Virus record (IMG/VR): IMGVR_UViG_2778261506_000001
Location: 1 to 24,898 of that record
DNA: 24,898 nt
Direction: 5' to 3' (one strand)
From: a virus
Lineage: Duplodnaviria; Heunggongvirae; Uroviricota; Caudoviricetes
Part shown: positions 1 to 9,629 of the stretch, in pieces
How positions within the stretch are numbered: position 1 is the first letter of the stretch
Layout: each line of letters begins with the position of its first letter
Notes under the pieces: model-generated
The model's database searches: none
Seen by the model: only the letters and a program-made list of their open reading frames with translations
What the model was told of the DNA's origin: nothing
Program-made: the position numbers and the translations under genes

Positions 1-593
1 ACGCGCATTTCACCGTACAGAACGGGCAGAACATTGCCCTGGGCAACCATGTTATCCAGTGAGGAGAAATAGGTGTTTTGTTTGCCGTTATCCGTTGTCT
101 GTGTACGGGGAGTTCTGGCTTTCGGTGCCAGCATCTGGGCCACACCACCGAGCACCATACTGGCACCGAGAGAAAACAGGATGCCGGTCATACCACCGGC
201 CCCAATGGCTTCCCCCCACGCTGCAAGGGTGGCTCCGGCAGTAAAGAATGATCCGGCAATGGCGGCTGCTCCCAGGACAATCTGGAATACGCCACCTGAC
301 TTGGCCCCGGCGACTCTGGGAACAATATGAATCACAGCGCCATCAGGCAGAGTCTCATGTAACTGCGCCGTTAACCCGGACGTGCTGACGTCCCGCCCGG
401 CAATCCGTACCTGATACCAGCCGTCGCTCAGTTTCTGACGAAACGCCGGGAGCTGTGTGGCCAGTGCGCGGATGGCTTCAGCCCCCGTTTTCACACGAAG
501 GTCGATGCGGCGGCCAAATCGTTGCAAATCCCCGTAAAGGCAGATGCGCGCCATGCCCGGTGACGCCAGAGGGAGTGTGTGCGTCGCTGCCAT
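1..593 (-). CDS. I: tail tip assembly protein I (lambda gpI-like); 5' part only, ORF runs off the window start
   Basis: ATG at 593-591 on minus strand; translation reads ...RRIDLRVKTGAEAIRALATQLPAF... and ...DNMVAQGNVLPVLYGEMR at the window edge with no stop; overlaps the 3' end of K by 103 nt. Confidence 0.85.
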   Translation of the reverse strand, partial: MAATHTLPLASPGMARICLYGDLQRFGRRIDLRVKTGAEAIRALATQLPAFRQKLSDGWYQVRIAGRDVSTSGLTAQLHETLPDGAVIHIVPRVAGAKSGGVFQIVLGAAAIAGSFFTAGATLAAWGEAIGAGGMTGILFSLGASMVLGGVAQMLAPKARTPRTQTTDNGKQNTYFSSLDNMVAQGNVLPVLYGEMR

Positions 594-1234
594 TTGTCGG
601 TATACCTCTCTCGTTTGCTCAGTTGTTCAGGAATATGGTGCAGCAGCTCGCCATCACCACAGTAAATGGCGGCATGATTCGGCACCGATGAACCAAAACA
701 GCACAGCAGCACATCGCCCGGTTGTGCTGATGACAACGGCACCTGATACAGCCCTGTGGCCTCCAGATTATCCAGATAGAGATTCTGACCGTGACGCCAC
801 CAGTCATCCTCGCGATGAAAATCCGGCATCTCAATCCCCGCCAGATGATAAGCATCCCGGAACAGCGTGTAACAGTCCGTCACCCCGTGCTCAAAGCGCC
901 GTCCGGTGAGATGCGGCACACAGCGGAACTTATGAATCGCCCCCCGGCAGACCAGCCACCACGGCAAATCACTCTGCACCTGCAGCCGCCGGTCAGTCTC
1001 ACTCAGCCAGGGCAGACCACCGGGGTGGCTGTGGACCAGCGCCACAATCTCACCCTGCATTTCTGCCTGCAGCCAGTCCTCCGGCGACATACGGAAATAC
1101 GCCTCCGGCTCACCGGAGATATTCACGCAGGGGAAATATCTTTCCCCCTCCGGCGTGCTTACCACGAAGCCGCACGACTCCGCTGGCGCACATCGCCGGG
1201 CGTGCGCCAGAATCGCTGATTCTGTCTGTGTCAT
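491..1234 (-). CDS. K: tail tip assembly protein K (JAMM/MPN metalloprotease motif plus NlpC/P60-like domain)
   Basis: 247 aa ORF starting 5 nt after L stop; HSHPGGLPWLSETD matches HxHx7Sx2D JAMM motif; C-terminal Cys/His region; alternative internal start at Met49 (1090) would give the 199 aa form. Confidence 0.9.
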   Translation of the reverse strand: MTQTESAILAHARRCAPAESCGFVVSTPEGERYFPCVNISGEPEAYFRMSPEDWLQAEMQGEIVALVHSHPGGLPWLSETDRRLQVQSDLPWWLVCRGAIHKFRCVPHLTGRRFEHGVTDCYTLFRDAYHLAGIEMPDFHREDDWWRHGQNLYLDNLEATGLYQVPLSSAQPGDVLLCCFGSSVPNHAAIYCGDGELLHHIPEQLSKRERYTDKWQRRTHSLWRHRAWRASAFTGICNDLAAASTFV

Positions 1235-1239
1235 GGGAT

Positions 1240-1938
1240 TTACTGCGAAAGTTTGTTAATGGAAAGGAAGCCGCCAAAGTTGCCGACGTTATTGCGAAAC
1301 TTACAGCCACTCAGGCATTTGCTGCATTTATCCTTCGTGATATCGGACGTTGTCTGGTCATATTCATCCGCGACCGCCGGACCGTGATAACCGCACTCAT
1401 CGCCGCGATAGGTCCAGGTGCAGGTGTTGGCCAGCATGATACGTCCCGGAAAAACAGCGCCATCTGTTTCCGTCGGCGTGGACAGTACAAAGGAGGCACT
1501 CACCGCGCTCAGTTCGCTGCACTGCTCGATGCGCCAGCGGCTGATCACCTCCTGCTCCGGATCGGCGTCACTGTTTCCGTTAACGAAGTTCACCGCATCC
1601 AGAAAACGGGCGTAAACCTTACGCCGGACCACCGTTCCGCCGACCAGACTCTGCAGATCTTCCGCCATCCCGGTGACCATACCGTACAGGTTAGAAACCA
1701 TCAGCGTGGGGCGCGTACTGGTGCCTTTGCCATTCAGTTCAAAACCACTCCCCTGAATGGGATACGGCTGATACTGTCGCCCCTGCCAGGTGACCGGCTC
1801 ACCTTTTTCGTTCAGCTCATTACAGAAAAAATAACGTTCTCCACCGACCTCTGTCAGGTCGATTTCCCAGAGCACCACGCTGGCCGACTGCTCCGCACGG
1901 GTGCATTCATTCAGTGTTTCCTGCCGGATATCCTGCAT
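1240..1938 (-). CDS. L: tail tip protein L
   Basis: 232 aa, MQDIRQETLNECTRAEQSASVVLWEIDLTEVGGERYFFCNE... recognised as lambda gpL; correct position between M and K. Confidence 0.95.
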   Translation of the reverse strand: MQDIRQETLNECTRAEQSASVVLWEIDLTEVGGERYFFCNELNEKGEPVTWQGRQYQPYPIQGSGFELNGKGTSTRPTLMVSNLYGMVTGMAEDLQSLVGGTVVRRKVYARFLDAVNFVNGNSDADPEQEVISRWRIEQCSELSAVSASFVLSTPTETDGAVFPGRIMLANTCTWTYRGDECGYHGPAVADEYDQTTSDITKDKCSKCLSGCKFRNNVGNFGGFLSINKLSQ

Positions 1939-2267
1939 CAGTTCACCACCTGTTCAAACTCTGCGCTGAACTCAACACGCAGCATACTGACCCGCGACGA
2001 CCATTTTGCGCAGGTCACCTTTATCTGCCGCCACTCATAAGGCGGCGTCCACAGAAAGGCTTTCCAGCCCCCGTGCTCTTCCAGAAACGACTCCAGTACC
2101 GTGGCCTCCTCACGGGGGACAGAAAGCGTCACGCTGTACGTTTTCAGGTTGGCATTCAGCCCGGCAGGCGCTCGCTGGGAATAGCCATCACCAAAGCGCA
2201 CCTTTCTTACAGAAGGGGCCGAAGCCACATCCATACCGGGTTTCACTTTCCAGCGGAAGGTTTTCAT
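1938..2267 (-). CDS. M: tail tip assembly protein M
   Basis: 109 aa, MKTFRWKVKPGMDVASAPSVRKVRFGDGYSQRAPAGLNANLKTY...; lambda gpM length and synteny. Confidence 0.95.
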   Translation of the reverse strand: MKTFRWKVKPGMDVASAPSVRKVRFGDGYSQRAPAGLNANLKTYSVTLSVPREEATVLESFLEEHGGWKAFLWTPPYEWRQIKVTCAKWSSRVSMLRVEFSAEFEQVVN

Positions 2268-4825
2268 CGTCCACCTCCGGAGAACAGGCCACCATCACGC
2301 ATCTGTGTCTGAATTTCATCACGGGCACCCTTGCGGGCCATGTCATACACTGCCTTCATCATCTGTGGACCTGGCAGACCATTCGTACCGTCGTTCTGAA
2401 TCACCACGTGATTGTTCTGATTAAAATTAATGCCTTCAGCCCGCCGCATCTGCGCCGGACTTCCGGCACCGCCCACATAACCACCTTCCGCATAGCCCCG
2501 CATCAGGCGGTACAGGTTGCCGACACCAATCCGGCTGGTTGCCTCCTTCGTGAAGACAAATTCACCACGGTGAACAATCCCCGCTGGCTCATATTTGCCG
2601 CCGGTTCCCGTAAATCCCCCGGTCGCAAAATGGAATTTCGCCGCAGCGGCCTGAATGGCTGTACCGCCTGACGCGGATGCTCCACCACTGGCAGCACCGC
2701 CAATGGCGCTGCCGATACTCCCGACAATCCCCACCATTGCCTGCTTAAGCAGAATTTCTGTCATCATGGACAGCACGGAACGGGTGAAGCTGCGCCAGTT
2801 CTGCTCACTGCCGGTCAGCATCGCCGCCATATTCTGTGCAATACCATCAAAGGTCTGCGTGGCTGCACTTTTAACCTGCGACATACTGTCCGTGGCGCTC
2901 TCTTCCCACTCACTCCAGCCGGACTTCAGGCCTGCCATCCAGCTCCCGCGAAGCTGGTCTTCAGCCGCCCAGGTCTTTTTCTGCTCTGACATGACGTTAT
3001 TCAGCGCCAGCGGATTATCGCCATACTGTTCCTTCAGGCGCTGTTCCGTGGCTTCCCGTTCTGCCTGCCGGTCAGTCAGCCCCCGGCTTTTCGCATCAAT
3101 GGCGGCCCGTTTTGCCCGTTGCTGCTGTGCGAATTTATCCGCCTGCTGCGCCAGCGCGTTCAGGCGCTCCTGATACGTAACCTTGTCGCCAAGTGCAGCC
3201 AGCTGGCGTTTGTACTCCAGCGTCTCATCTTTATGCGCCAGCAGGGATTTCTCCTGTGCAGACAGCTGGCGACGTTGCGCCGCCTCCTCCAGTACCGCGA
3301 ACTGACTCTCCGCCTTCCACAAATCCCGGCGCTGCTGGCTGATTTTCTCATTCGCTCCGGCATGCTTCTCCAGCGTCCGGAGTTCTGCCTGAAGCGTCAG
3401 CAGGGCAGCATGAGCACTGTCTTCCTGACGATCGCCCGCAGACACCTTCACGCCGGACTGTTTCGGCTTTTTCAGCGTCGCTTCATAATCCTTTTTCGCC
3501 GCCGCCATCAGCGTGTTGTAATCCGCCTGCAGGATTTTCCCGTCTTTCAGTGCCTTGTTCAGTTCTTCCTGACGGGCGGTATATTTCTCCAGCGGCGTCT
3601 GCAGCCGTTCGTAAGCCTTCTGCGCCTCTTCGGTATATTTCAGCCGTGACGCTTCGGTATCGCTCTGCTGCTGCGCATTTTTGTCCTGTTGAGTCTGCTG
3701 CTCAGCCTTCTTTCGGGCGGCTTCAAGCGCAAGACGGGCCTTTTCACGATCATCCCAGTAACGCGCCCGCGCTTCATCGTTAACAAAATAATCATCCTTG
3801 CGCAGATTCCAGATGTCGTCTGCTTTCTTAAACGCAGCCTCTGCCTTAATCAGCATCTCCTGCGCGGTATCAGGACGACCAATATCCAGCACCGCATCCC
3901 ACATGGATTTGAATGCCCGCGCTGTCCTGTCTGCCCAGGTCTCCAGCGTGCCCATGTTCTCTTTCAGGCGGCGGGTCTGGTCATCAAACCCTTTCGTTGC
4001 GGCTTCGTTCGCCGCCTGCAATGCCCCGGCTTCATCGCCGGAACGCTGCAACTGAGCAACATACGCAATCTGCTCCGCCGTCACGTTATGGAACTGGCGC
4101 GCCATCGCTGTCAGCCCTGACGTCGGGTCTGTGGTCAGCTTCCCGAAGGCTTCAGCGACCTTGTCCACCTCCACGCCGGATGCAGAGGAGAAACGCGCCA
4201 CACTCTGGCTGATGGACGCAATCTGAGCCTCACCGCTTACCCCCGCCTTAACCAGTGCGCTGAGTGACTCGCTGGTCTGGTTAAACGTCAGCCCTGCCGC
4301 CTGCCCGGCTCTGGACAGGACCAGCATACGATCTGCCGTCAGACCCGACTGATGACCGGAAAGGACCAGCGTTTTGTTGAAATCGGACAGGGTTGAGTTG
4401 CCCTGATACCAGGCATACGCCAGCGCACCGGTCGCTACCGCCAGCGAGGTGGCCCCCACCATCGGCAGGGTGAACGCACCGGCAAGCCCCCTGAACATGG
4501 GGATCATCCCGCCGAAGGAGTCCTTAACCTGACCACCCTGTTGCAGCAGGATCAGCCACGGACTTTGCCCGCCTGCAAGCTGCGTGGCCACGTCGGTGAA
4601 CTGTGCAGGCAGCATACGCATGGCGGCTTTATACTGCCCGACGGAAATCCCCGCTTTCTGTGCAGCCAGCGCCTGTCGGCTCAGCGACTGTTCAACGACT
4701 GCCGCTGTTTTTTTCGCATCACTTTCCGTACCGGAAAAATGACGCCTGACTCTGGCCATCTGCTCGTCAAATCTGGCCGCATCCAGACTCAAATCAACGA
4801 CCAGATCGCCTACCGGTTCAGCCAT
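2264..4825 (-). CDS. H: tail tape measure protein H
   Basis: 853 aa, long coiled-coil-rich protein with Gly-rich C-terminal region; length identical to lambda gpH; overlaps T stop and M start. Confidence 0.95.
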   Translation of the reverse strand: MAEPVGDLVVDLSLDAARFDEQMARVRRHFSGTESDAKKTAAVVEQSLSRQALAAQKAGISVGQYKAAMRMLPAQFTDVATQLAGGQSPWLILLQQGGQVKDSFGGMIPMFRGLAGAFTLPMVGATSLAVATGALAYAWYQGNSTLSDFNKTLVLSGHQSGLTADRMLVLSRAGQAAGLTFNQTSESLSALVKAGVSGEAQIASISQSVARFSSASGVEVDKVAEAFGKLTTDPTSGLTAMARQFHNVTAEQIAYVAQLQRSGDEAGALQAANEAATKGFDDQTRRLKENMGTLETWADRTARAFKSMWDAVLDIGRPDTAQEMLIKAEAAFKKADDIWNLRKDDYFVNDEARARYWDDREKARLALEAARKKAEQQTQQDKNAQQQSDTEASRLKYTEEAQKAYERLQTPLEKYTARQEELNKALKDGKILQADYNTLMAAAKKDYEATLKKPKQSGVKVSAGDRQEDSAHAALLTLQAELRTLEKHAGANEKISQQRRDLWKAESQFAVLEEAAQRRQLSAQEKSLLAHKDETLEYKRQLAALGDKVTYQERLNALAQQADKFAQQQRAKRAAIDAKSRGLTDRQAEREATEQRLKEQYGDNPLALNNVMSEQKKTWAAEDQLRGSWMAGLKSGWSEWEESATDSMSQVKSAATQTFDGIAQNMAAMLTGSEQNWRSFTRSVLSMMTEILLKQAMVGIVGSIGSAIGGAASGGASASGGTAIQAAAAKFHFATGGFTGTGGKYEPAGIVHRGEFVFTKEATSRIGVGNLYRLMRGYAEGGYVGGAGSPAQMRRAEGINFNQNNHVVIQNDGTNGLPGPQMMKAVYDMARKGARDEIQTQMRDGGLFSGGGR

Positions 4826-5258
4826 ACCGGACTCCTCCTGCGATCCCTTCTGATACTGTCATCAGCATTACGTCATCCTCCGTCATGTCCGCCACATCCG
4901 GGGAAGCGGGGATAACTTCATTCCCGTCCGGGCCAAAGCGGACACCTCCGGCAAGCCCTGCCGCTTTCTGCATCAGCACATCATCTTCAGGCTCTTCGTC
5001 AGCCTCGCGCCGGTTCAGCAGACTGAAATCCAGCGGATGCATATCCGGATCGCTGAAAAACAGGCTGAGCACGGTGTACGTCAGCCCGGAAAAGTGCATA
5101 TCCAGCAGAACATCATGAAAATAATGGGTACTGTAAAAGCGGTGCCAGTCGGCATACTCCGTGGATGACATCCCGGCAAGCATGGCACGCCAGTCGGGTC
5201 GCCCCATCTCACGCGCCAGTTTCAGGGCAAAACTCAGCTCACCGTCGAACACTTTCCC
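4818..5258 (-). CDS. T: T frame of tail assembly chaperone gpG-T, expressed as a G-T fusion by -1 ribosomal frameshift
   Basis: -1 frame ORF opens exactly at the slippery heptamer; reads GKVFDGELSFALKLAREMGRPDW...; no independent ATG/RBS. Confidence 0.85.
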   Translation of the reverse strand, partial: GKVFDGELSFALKLAREMGRPDWRAMLAGMSSTEYADWHRFYSTHYFHDVLLDMHFSGLTYTVLSLFFSDPDMHPLDFSLLNRREADEEPEDDVLMQKAAGLAGGVRFGPDGNEVIPASPDVADMTEDDVMLMTVSEGIAGGVRYG

Positions 5259-5656
5259 GCAGAAACAGGCTCTGCAGGCCCGGCGTCCTCTGTCTGTTCA
5301 GGGGCATTATTCACAACAAACTCATACATACCAGACAGCCGGTACACCACGTTTTCAGCATGAGAAATTGCCTCCGTGGGCCAGGTGGTAAGCACTTCCT
5401 GCTCAATCTGTTTAACGGCTTCATTCATAGACGGCATCTGCGTCTTCTGCGGATGGTTATGCCACAGGGACATCGCCACCAGAAACGCGCCGGTTCTGAT
5501 GGCGTCTTCCACAGTAAACTTCCGGTTGCTGTCTGACTCCGCCTGTTCTGCCTGCCGTTTCATCAGGGCGAGATGCTCAATACGCTGCAGGGCTGACAGT
5601 TCAGAAAGCGTGACGGTCACACCGTTATGTTCAAATGATTCGGTTTTCAGGAACAT
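5234..5656 (-). CDS. G: tail assembly chaperone G
   Basis: 140 aa, MFLKTESFEHNGVTVTLSELSALQRIEHLALMKRQAEQ...; lambda gpG, followed by T frame. Confidence 0.93.
   Translation of the reverse strand: MFLKTESFEHNGVTVTLSELSALQRIEHLALMKRQAEQAESDSNRKFTVEDAIRTGAFLVAMSLWHNHPQKTQMPSMNEAVKQIEQEVLTTWPTEAISHAENVVYRLSGMYEFVVNNAPEQTEDAGPAEPVSAGKCSTVS
5252..5258 (-). other. programmed -1 frameshift slippery heptamer GGGAAAG
   Basis: plus-strand ctttccc at 5252-5258 = minus GGGAAAG, 6 codons before the G stop; T-frame ORF begins immediately after. Confidence 0.85.
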
Positions 5657-5671
5657 CGCTGACTCTCCGGA

Positions 5672-6412
5672 TTAACTGGCGGTGACGTTGATTTCTGCAA
5701 CCGCAGCAAGTTCACCATTACCGGATACGACCGGAATGTTGACCTTGCCTGCAGCAACACCTTTCACGGTGATGGTCATACCACTGACCGACACGGTGGC
5801 TTTTGTTTTATCCGCTGACACCGCACGGAAGCTCTTGTCGGTTGCGCCTTCCGGCTGGAATGCCACGGTCAGCGTGGTGCTCTTCCCTTTCACTACGGAA
5901 GCGCTGGCTGGCGTCACGGTCATACCGGTTGCCGCTGTTACCGTGCTGCGATCTTCTGCCATCGACGGACGTCCCACATTGGTGACTTTCACCGTGCGGG
6001 TGATCACTTCCTTCGCCGTCACCGCCTTACCGATACTGCTGACCCAGCCGCGGAACACATCGACCGTGCCGTTCGGGAAGCGGATTTTATAGGCACGGGT
6101 ATCACCTTCATTAAACCACGCCAGCAGCGCCTGCTGCCCCTGCTCTCCGGGCATCCACGCCAGCGTGAAGCTGGTATCTCCGGCAGATTTCTGCCCCTGT
6201 CCGGTCGCGGTCCAGTCCGCATCTTCATCATCGAGATAACTGTCGTCATAGGACTCAGCGGTCAGTTCGCCGGGCGTCAGGTCTTTAACCTTTGCCAGAC
6301 GCGACCAGTCATTGTCTGAAAGCGGGTTTGCATAAGGGTCGCCGCTCCCGTTATAAACCCTCAGTGTGGTCCCGGCCCCTTTCACCGGTGCCAGAGGATT
6401 TGGTGTTGGCAT
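5672..6412 (-). CDS. V: major tail tube protein V (C-terminal Ig-like domain)
   Basis: Start placed at internal ATG 6412 ([17 protein letters not shown]...) giving 246 aa as in lambda gpV; the track ORF extends upstream to 6442 and would overlap U. Confidence 0.9.
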   Translation of the reverse strand: MPTPNPLAPVKGAGTTLRVYNGSGDPYANPLSDNDWSRLAKVKDLTPGELTAESYDDSYLDDEDADWTATGQGQKSAGDTSFTLAWMPGEQGQQALLAWFNEGDTRAYKIRFPNGTVDVFRGWVSSIGKAVTAKEVITRTVKVTNVGRPSMAEDRSTVTAATGMTVTPASASVVKGKSTTLTVAFQPEGATDKSFRAVSADKTKATVSVSGMTITVKGVAAGKVNIPVVSGNGELAAVAEINVTAS

Positions 6413-6419
6413 ATCGTCC

Positions 6420-6815
6420 TCACATTTCATAGGTAATGACATAAGTCAGATCGGCTGAACTCCACAGGCCCGCATCATCGTCGCGCCGGTAGTCATAGCC
6501 ACTGGCCACCATACTGGTGATCAAATCTGACAGTGCCGGGATATCGCTCATCACCGGATAAATCCGGGACTCCATCCACGAATCCAGCTCTGAATCCGGC
6601 ACCTGAGCAGGCAGGAAAACTTCAATATGCAGCTCCGCCTGCCAGGTATCGCTGTCCAGCTCTTCGCCCGTGTATTCAGCGCCGGTGAGATAAACGGCAA
6701 TTGCCGGAAAATCTTCCTCATCAAAAACAGCGGGGCGACCATCAAAAAGCGTCGCCCCGGTGTCATGCTTCTCCAGTGCATCCAGTACGGCTGCACGGAG
6801 TTCAGTATGTTTCAT
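6420..6815 (-). CDS. U: tail terminator protein U
   Basis: 131 aa, [48 protein letters not shown]...; lambda gpU. Confidence 0.95.
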   Translation of the reverse strand: MKHTELRAAVLDALEKHDTGATLFDGRPAVFDEEDFPAIAVYLTGAEYTGEELDSDTWQAELHIEVFLPAQVPDSELDSWMESRIYPVMSDIPALSDLITSMVASGYDYRRDDDAGLWSSADLTYVITYEM

Positions 6816-7390
6816 CGCTTTATTACCATTCTCAGTTGATGCTGCAGCGCATAGCCCAGCTCTTTCGGAAGACGCTCACGCCGTATCCGCTCAATATTCT
6901 GTTTAAACGCCGTGGTCAGCGGCACCGCCATCGGGATTTTCACCACATCAATGGGGTAACGGTTTTTCCCGGCCACACGCTGCATGACATGCCACCGGCC
7001 ATTTTTCAGTTGCTGAATAAACGCGCCGGGAATACGACGGTTTCCCACCACAAGCACGCTGCCGCCACCTTTCAGGGATGAACGCTGCCCCTTTTTACGA
7101 CGCCTGCGGCGGGACAGGACAACCCGCGCATTACCCAGCCTGATTACGGGCAAATCCCCCCGGTTAACCCTGATTCTGGCCTGCGGATTTTTGACCGTGG
7201 CCCTTTTCAGCCTGGCCCTTTCCTTTACCAGTTTCCGGCGTACCTTTGTCTCACGGGCAACCTGTGACGCAGACTGCGATATCGCGGATGACGCAACGCG
7301 GTTAATGGCCATTGCGGCGGCACCAGGCACCGCCGTTTTGCTGATACGGCTGAGGTTTTCAACGGCCTGCTCAAGACCTTTTATGGCCAT
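6812..7390 (-). CDS. Z: tail completion protein Z
   Basis: 192 aa, MAIKGLEQAVENLSRISKTAVPGAAAMAINRVASSAISQ...; lambda gpZ; ATGA overlap with U. Confidence 0.95.
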   Translation of the reverse strand: MAIKGLEQAVENLSRISKTAVPGAAAMAINRVASSAISQSASQVARETKVRRKLVKERARLKRATVKNPQARIRVNRGDLPVIRLGNARVVLSRRRRRKKGQRSSLKGGGSVLVVGNRRIPGAFIQQLKNGRWHVMQRVAGKNRYPIDVVKIPMAVPLTTAFKQNIERIRRERLPKELGYALQHQLRMVIKR

Positions 7391-7401
7391 ACATCCCCCT
7401 T

Positions 7402-7755
7402 TCAGCGGCGACGGTTAACGGCAGGCGGCACGCCACGCCCAAGCCAGAGATGACAGCTTCCGCCATCATCCGGCGAAACCCGGTCTATCCAGAAGTTTTC
7501 CTCACCGATGGTCAGCGTGTCTCCACGCCGCAGCTGCCGCACCTCATCAGTCCGGACAAACAGGGACGGGCTGGAGCCTTCAACGCGCACGCCCTGTCCG
7601 GCATAGCTGATATTTTCAGGGTCATCAAAAACACCACGTATCACAGCACCGGACTGCTCACCGGATGTCATGGTGGCTGACGTTCCCATGTACCCGCGTA
7701 TCGTTTCATCAGCGCGGGCAATGGCAGCATCGAACAGGTTATCGAAATCAGCCAC
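7402..7755 (-). CDS. FII: head-tail joining protein FII
   Basis: 117 aa, MADFDNLFDAAIARADETIRGYMGTSATMTSGEQSGAVIRGVFDDPENISYAGQGVRVEG...; lambda gpFII. Confidence 0.95.
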   Translation of the reverse strand: MADFDNLFDAAIARADETIRGYMGTSATMTSGEQSGAVIRGVFDDPENISYAGQGVRVEGSSPSLFVRTDEVRQLRRGDTLTIGEENFWIDRVSPDDGGSCHLWLGRGVPPAVNRRR

Positions 7756-7766
7756 AGCGCCTCCCG

Positions 7767-8165
7767 TTATTGCATTCTGGCCAGGCCACGTTCTGTCATT
7801 TCGGCTGCCACACCGGCAGAGACACGAAACGCCGTTCCCGGCAGCACAAATGCCACAGGTTTATCCCGCGTGGCGTGAAGTGCATCAGTATGCAGCGTCA
7901 CCAGTGCCACGACCGTGACCAGTTCAGCCGTATCCTGAATCACGGTATCCGGCTGCGCTGATATCACCTCATTTTCATGCCCGGTCAGCACATTTTCCCG
8001 GCTGAGAGGGGTGTCCTGACCGGCAGTTTCATCCGTGTCATCAAGCTCTTCTTCCAGCTCTGCCACACGAAGCGCCAGTTCTTCTTTCGTTCCCGTCAAA
8101 CTGATATCGCGGTTCAGTTGCTCACCCAGCTCCTGAAGACGGGCAATCAGTTCATCTTTCGTCAT
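7767..8165 (-). CDS. FI: DNA packaging protein FI
   Basis: Start placed at ATG 8165 (MTKDELIARLQELGEQLNRD...) giving 132 aa as in lambda gpFI; track ORF starts 13 codons upstream. Confidence 0.9.
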   Translation of the reverse strand: MTKDELIARLQELGEQLNRDISLTGTKEELALRVAELEEELDDTDETAGQDTPLSRENVLTGHENEVISAQPDTVIQDTAELVTVVALVTLHTDALHATRDKPVAFVLPGTAFRVSAGVAAEMTERGLARMQ

Positions 8166-8206
8166 GAACTCCTCCACAGAGAGAAAATGGCCCCGAAGGG
8201 CCATGA

Positions 8207-9232
8207 TTACGCCAGTTGAACGGACACGAACTCATCAGGATCAGCCAGCAGCATCAGCGGTGCTGACTGAATCATGGTGAACTCACGCGCCGGATCGCCG
8301 GTGGTCACCCAGTTTTTCGGGTAACGGGCAGAGGCGTTAATGCCTTCGCGCTGTGCGTCCGCATCCTGAATGCAGCCATAGGTGCGCAGACCGCGAGCCT
8401 GAGTGTTCCCCAGCACCATCGTGTTGTCCGGCAGGAAGTTCTTTTTGACGCCGTTTTCCACGTACTGTCCGGAATACACGACGATGGCCACATCGCCATA
8501 CATTCCCTTATAGGACACCGCTTTGCCCAGGTCTTTTACCGCTGTCTCCAGCTCGGAATGAGAGCCGCGACGGGTATCCAGCTTCTCCTTGACGGCTTTG
8601 AAGGAACGGAACAGCGCCCAGCCTTTCGGGTCAAACACGATGATATTCACCACACCGCTGGCGTTCAGCGCGTAGGCTTCGATATCGTCGGTCGGGTCAT
8701 ACGTGGACTTGTCACGCTTGCTCCACTCCGTGCCGCCGGACTGCGTGATGTTATTCGCCGCACTGCGGCCCATATCCACCTCAACCGGATCGAAGGCTTC
8801 ACCGGTCATGGTGTATTTGCCCTTAAGCACGGCAGAAACTGCCTGCATCTCTTCGACCTGGGCAATCGCCAGATTTTCATCCAGCATATTCTGCCGAATA
8901 ATACGGCGACGACGGTAAGCCGGGTCCGCCAGATTCTGCGGATCTTCATCCGGCAGGCGACGCAGGGTCATCTGCGGATTCACCTCATGCTTGGGTTTGA
9001 CATATCCCGGCGTAAATTCAGAGGTGGAGCCGCCACGGGAACGGATAACCTCACCGGAAACAATCGGCGAAACGTACAGCGCCATGTTTACCAGTCCCGG
9101 AATTTGTGAGAGATAGACTTTCTCCGTGGTGAAAGGATAGGTTTCACGGAAAAACAGGCGCAGAAACAGCGGATCGAACTTAAAGTGATGCTGGGTCGAT
9201 GCCAGTAATTCTGCAGTTGTATATACAGACAT
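8207..9232 (-). CDS. E: major capsid protein E
   Basis: 341 aa, MSVYTTAELLASTQHHFKFDPLFLRLFFRETYPFTTEKVYLSQIPGLVNMALYVSPIVSGEVIRSRGG...; lambda gpE. Confidence 0.97.
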   Translation of the reverse strand: MSVYTTAELLASTQHHFKFDPLFLRLFFRETYPFTTEKVYLSQIPGLVNMALYVSPIVSGEVIRSRGGSTSEFTPGYVKPKHEVNPQMTLRRLPDEDPQNLADPAYRRRRIIRQNMLDENLAIAQVEEMQAVSAVLKGKYTMTGEAFDPVEVDMGRSAANNITQSGGTEWSKRDKSTYDPTDDIEAYALNASGVVNIIVFDPKGWALFRSFKAVKEKLDTRRGSHSELETAVKDLGKAVSYKGMYGDVAIVVYSGQYVENGVKKNFLPDNTMVLGNTQARGLRTYGCIQDADAQREGINASARYPKNWVTTGDPAREFTMIQSAPLMLLADPDEFVSVQLA

Positions 9233-9245
9233 AAATTATTTCCAT

Positions 9246-9270
9246 AAAAAAAGCCGCACAGGCGGCCTTT
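9246..9270 (-). terminator. stem-loop followed by U-run in the D-E intergenic region (possible partial terminator or RNA-processing structure)
   Basis: minus strand reads GCCGC-CTGT-GCGGC followed by TTTTTTT, 20 nt before the E start. Confidence 0.35.
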
Positions 9271-9287
9271 GTTGATGAAGGGGAAGA

Positions 9288-9620
9288 TTAAACGATGCTG
9301 ATTGCCGTTCCGGCAAACGCGGTCCGTTTTTTAGTCTCGTCGCTGGCAGCCTCCGGCCAGAGCACATCCTCATAACGGAACGAGCCGGACTTGTAGAACG
9401 TCAGTGTGGTGCTGGTCTGGTCAGCAGCAACCGCCAGAATGCCAACGGCTGCACCGTCGGTGGTGCCATCCCACACAACCAGCTTACGGGTAGTGCCATC
9501 CAGCATCAGCGGGGTCATTGCAGGCGTTTTCGCACTCAATCCGCCAGGCGCAATTGCTGTATGAGCCGGATCACTGTTACCCAGCGGCTGGTAATGGTTA
9601 AACTCTTCTTTTGTCGCCAT
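9288..9620 (-). CDS. D: head decoration protein D
   Basis: 110 aa, ...[71 protein letters not shown]...; lambda gpD. Confidence 0.95.
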   Translation of the reverse strand: MATKEEFNHYQPLGNSDPAHTAIAPGGLSAKTPAMTPLMLDGTTRKLVVWDGTTDGAAVGILAVAADQTSTTLTFYKSGSFRYEDVLWPEAASDETKKRTAFAGTAISIV

Positions 9621-9629
9621 AACTGCCTC

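Noticed and set aside
1228-2040. 270-aa plus-strand ORF
   Set aside because: Lies antisense across L and M, which have clear lambda homologs; typical spurious long antisense ORF in GC-rich coding DNA.
2655-4212. Several plus-strand ORFs (172, 176, 143, 99 aa)
   Set aside because: All antisense within the tape-measure gene H; low-complexity Arg/Leu/Gln-rich translations mirror the coiled-coil coding strand.
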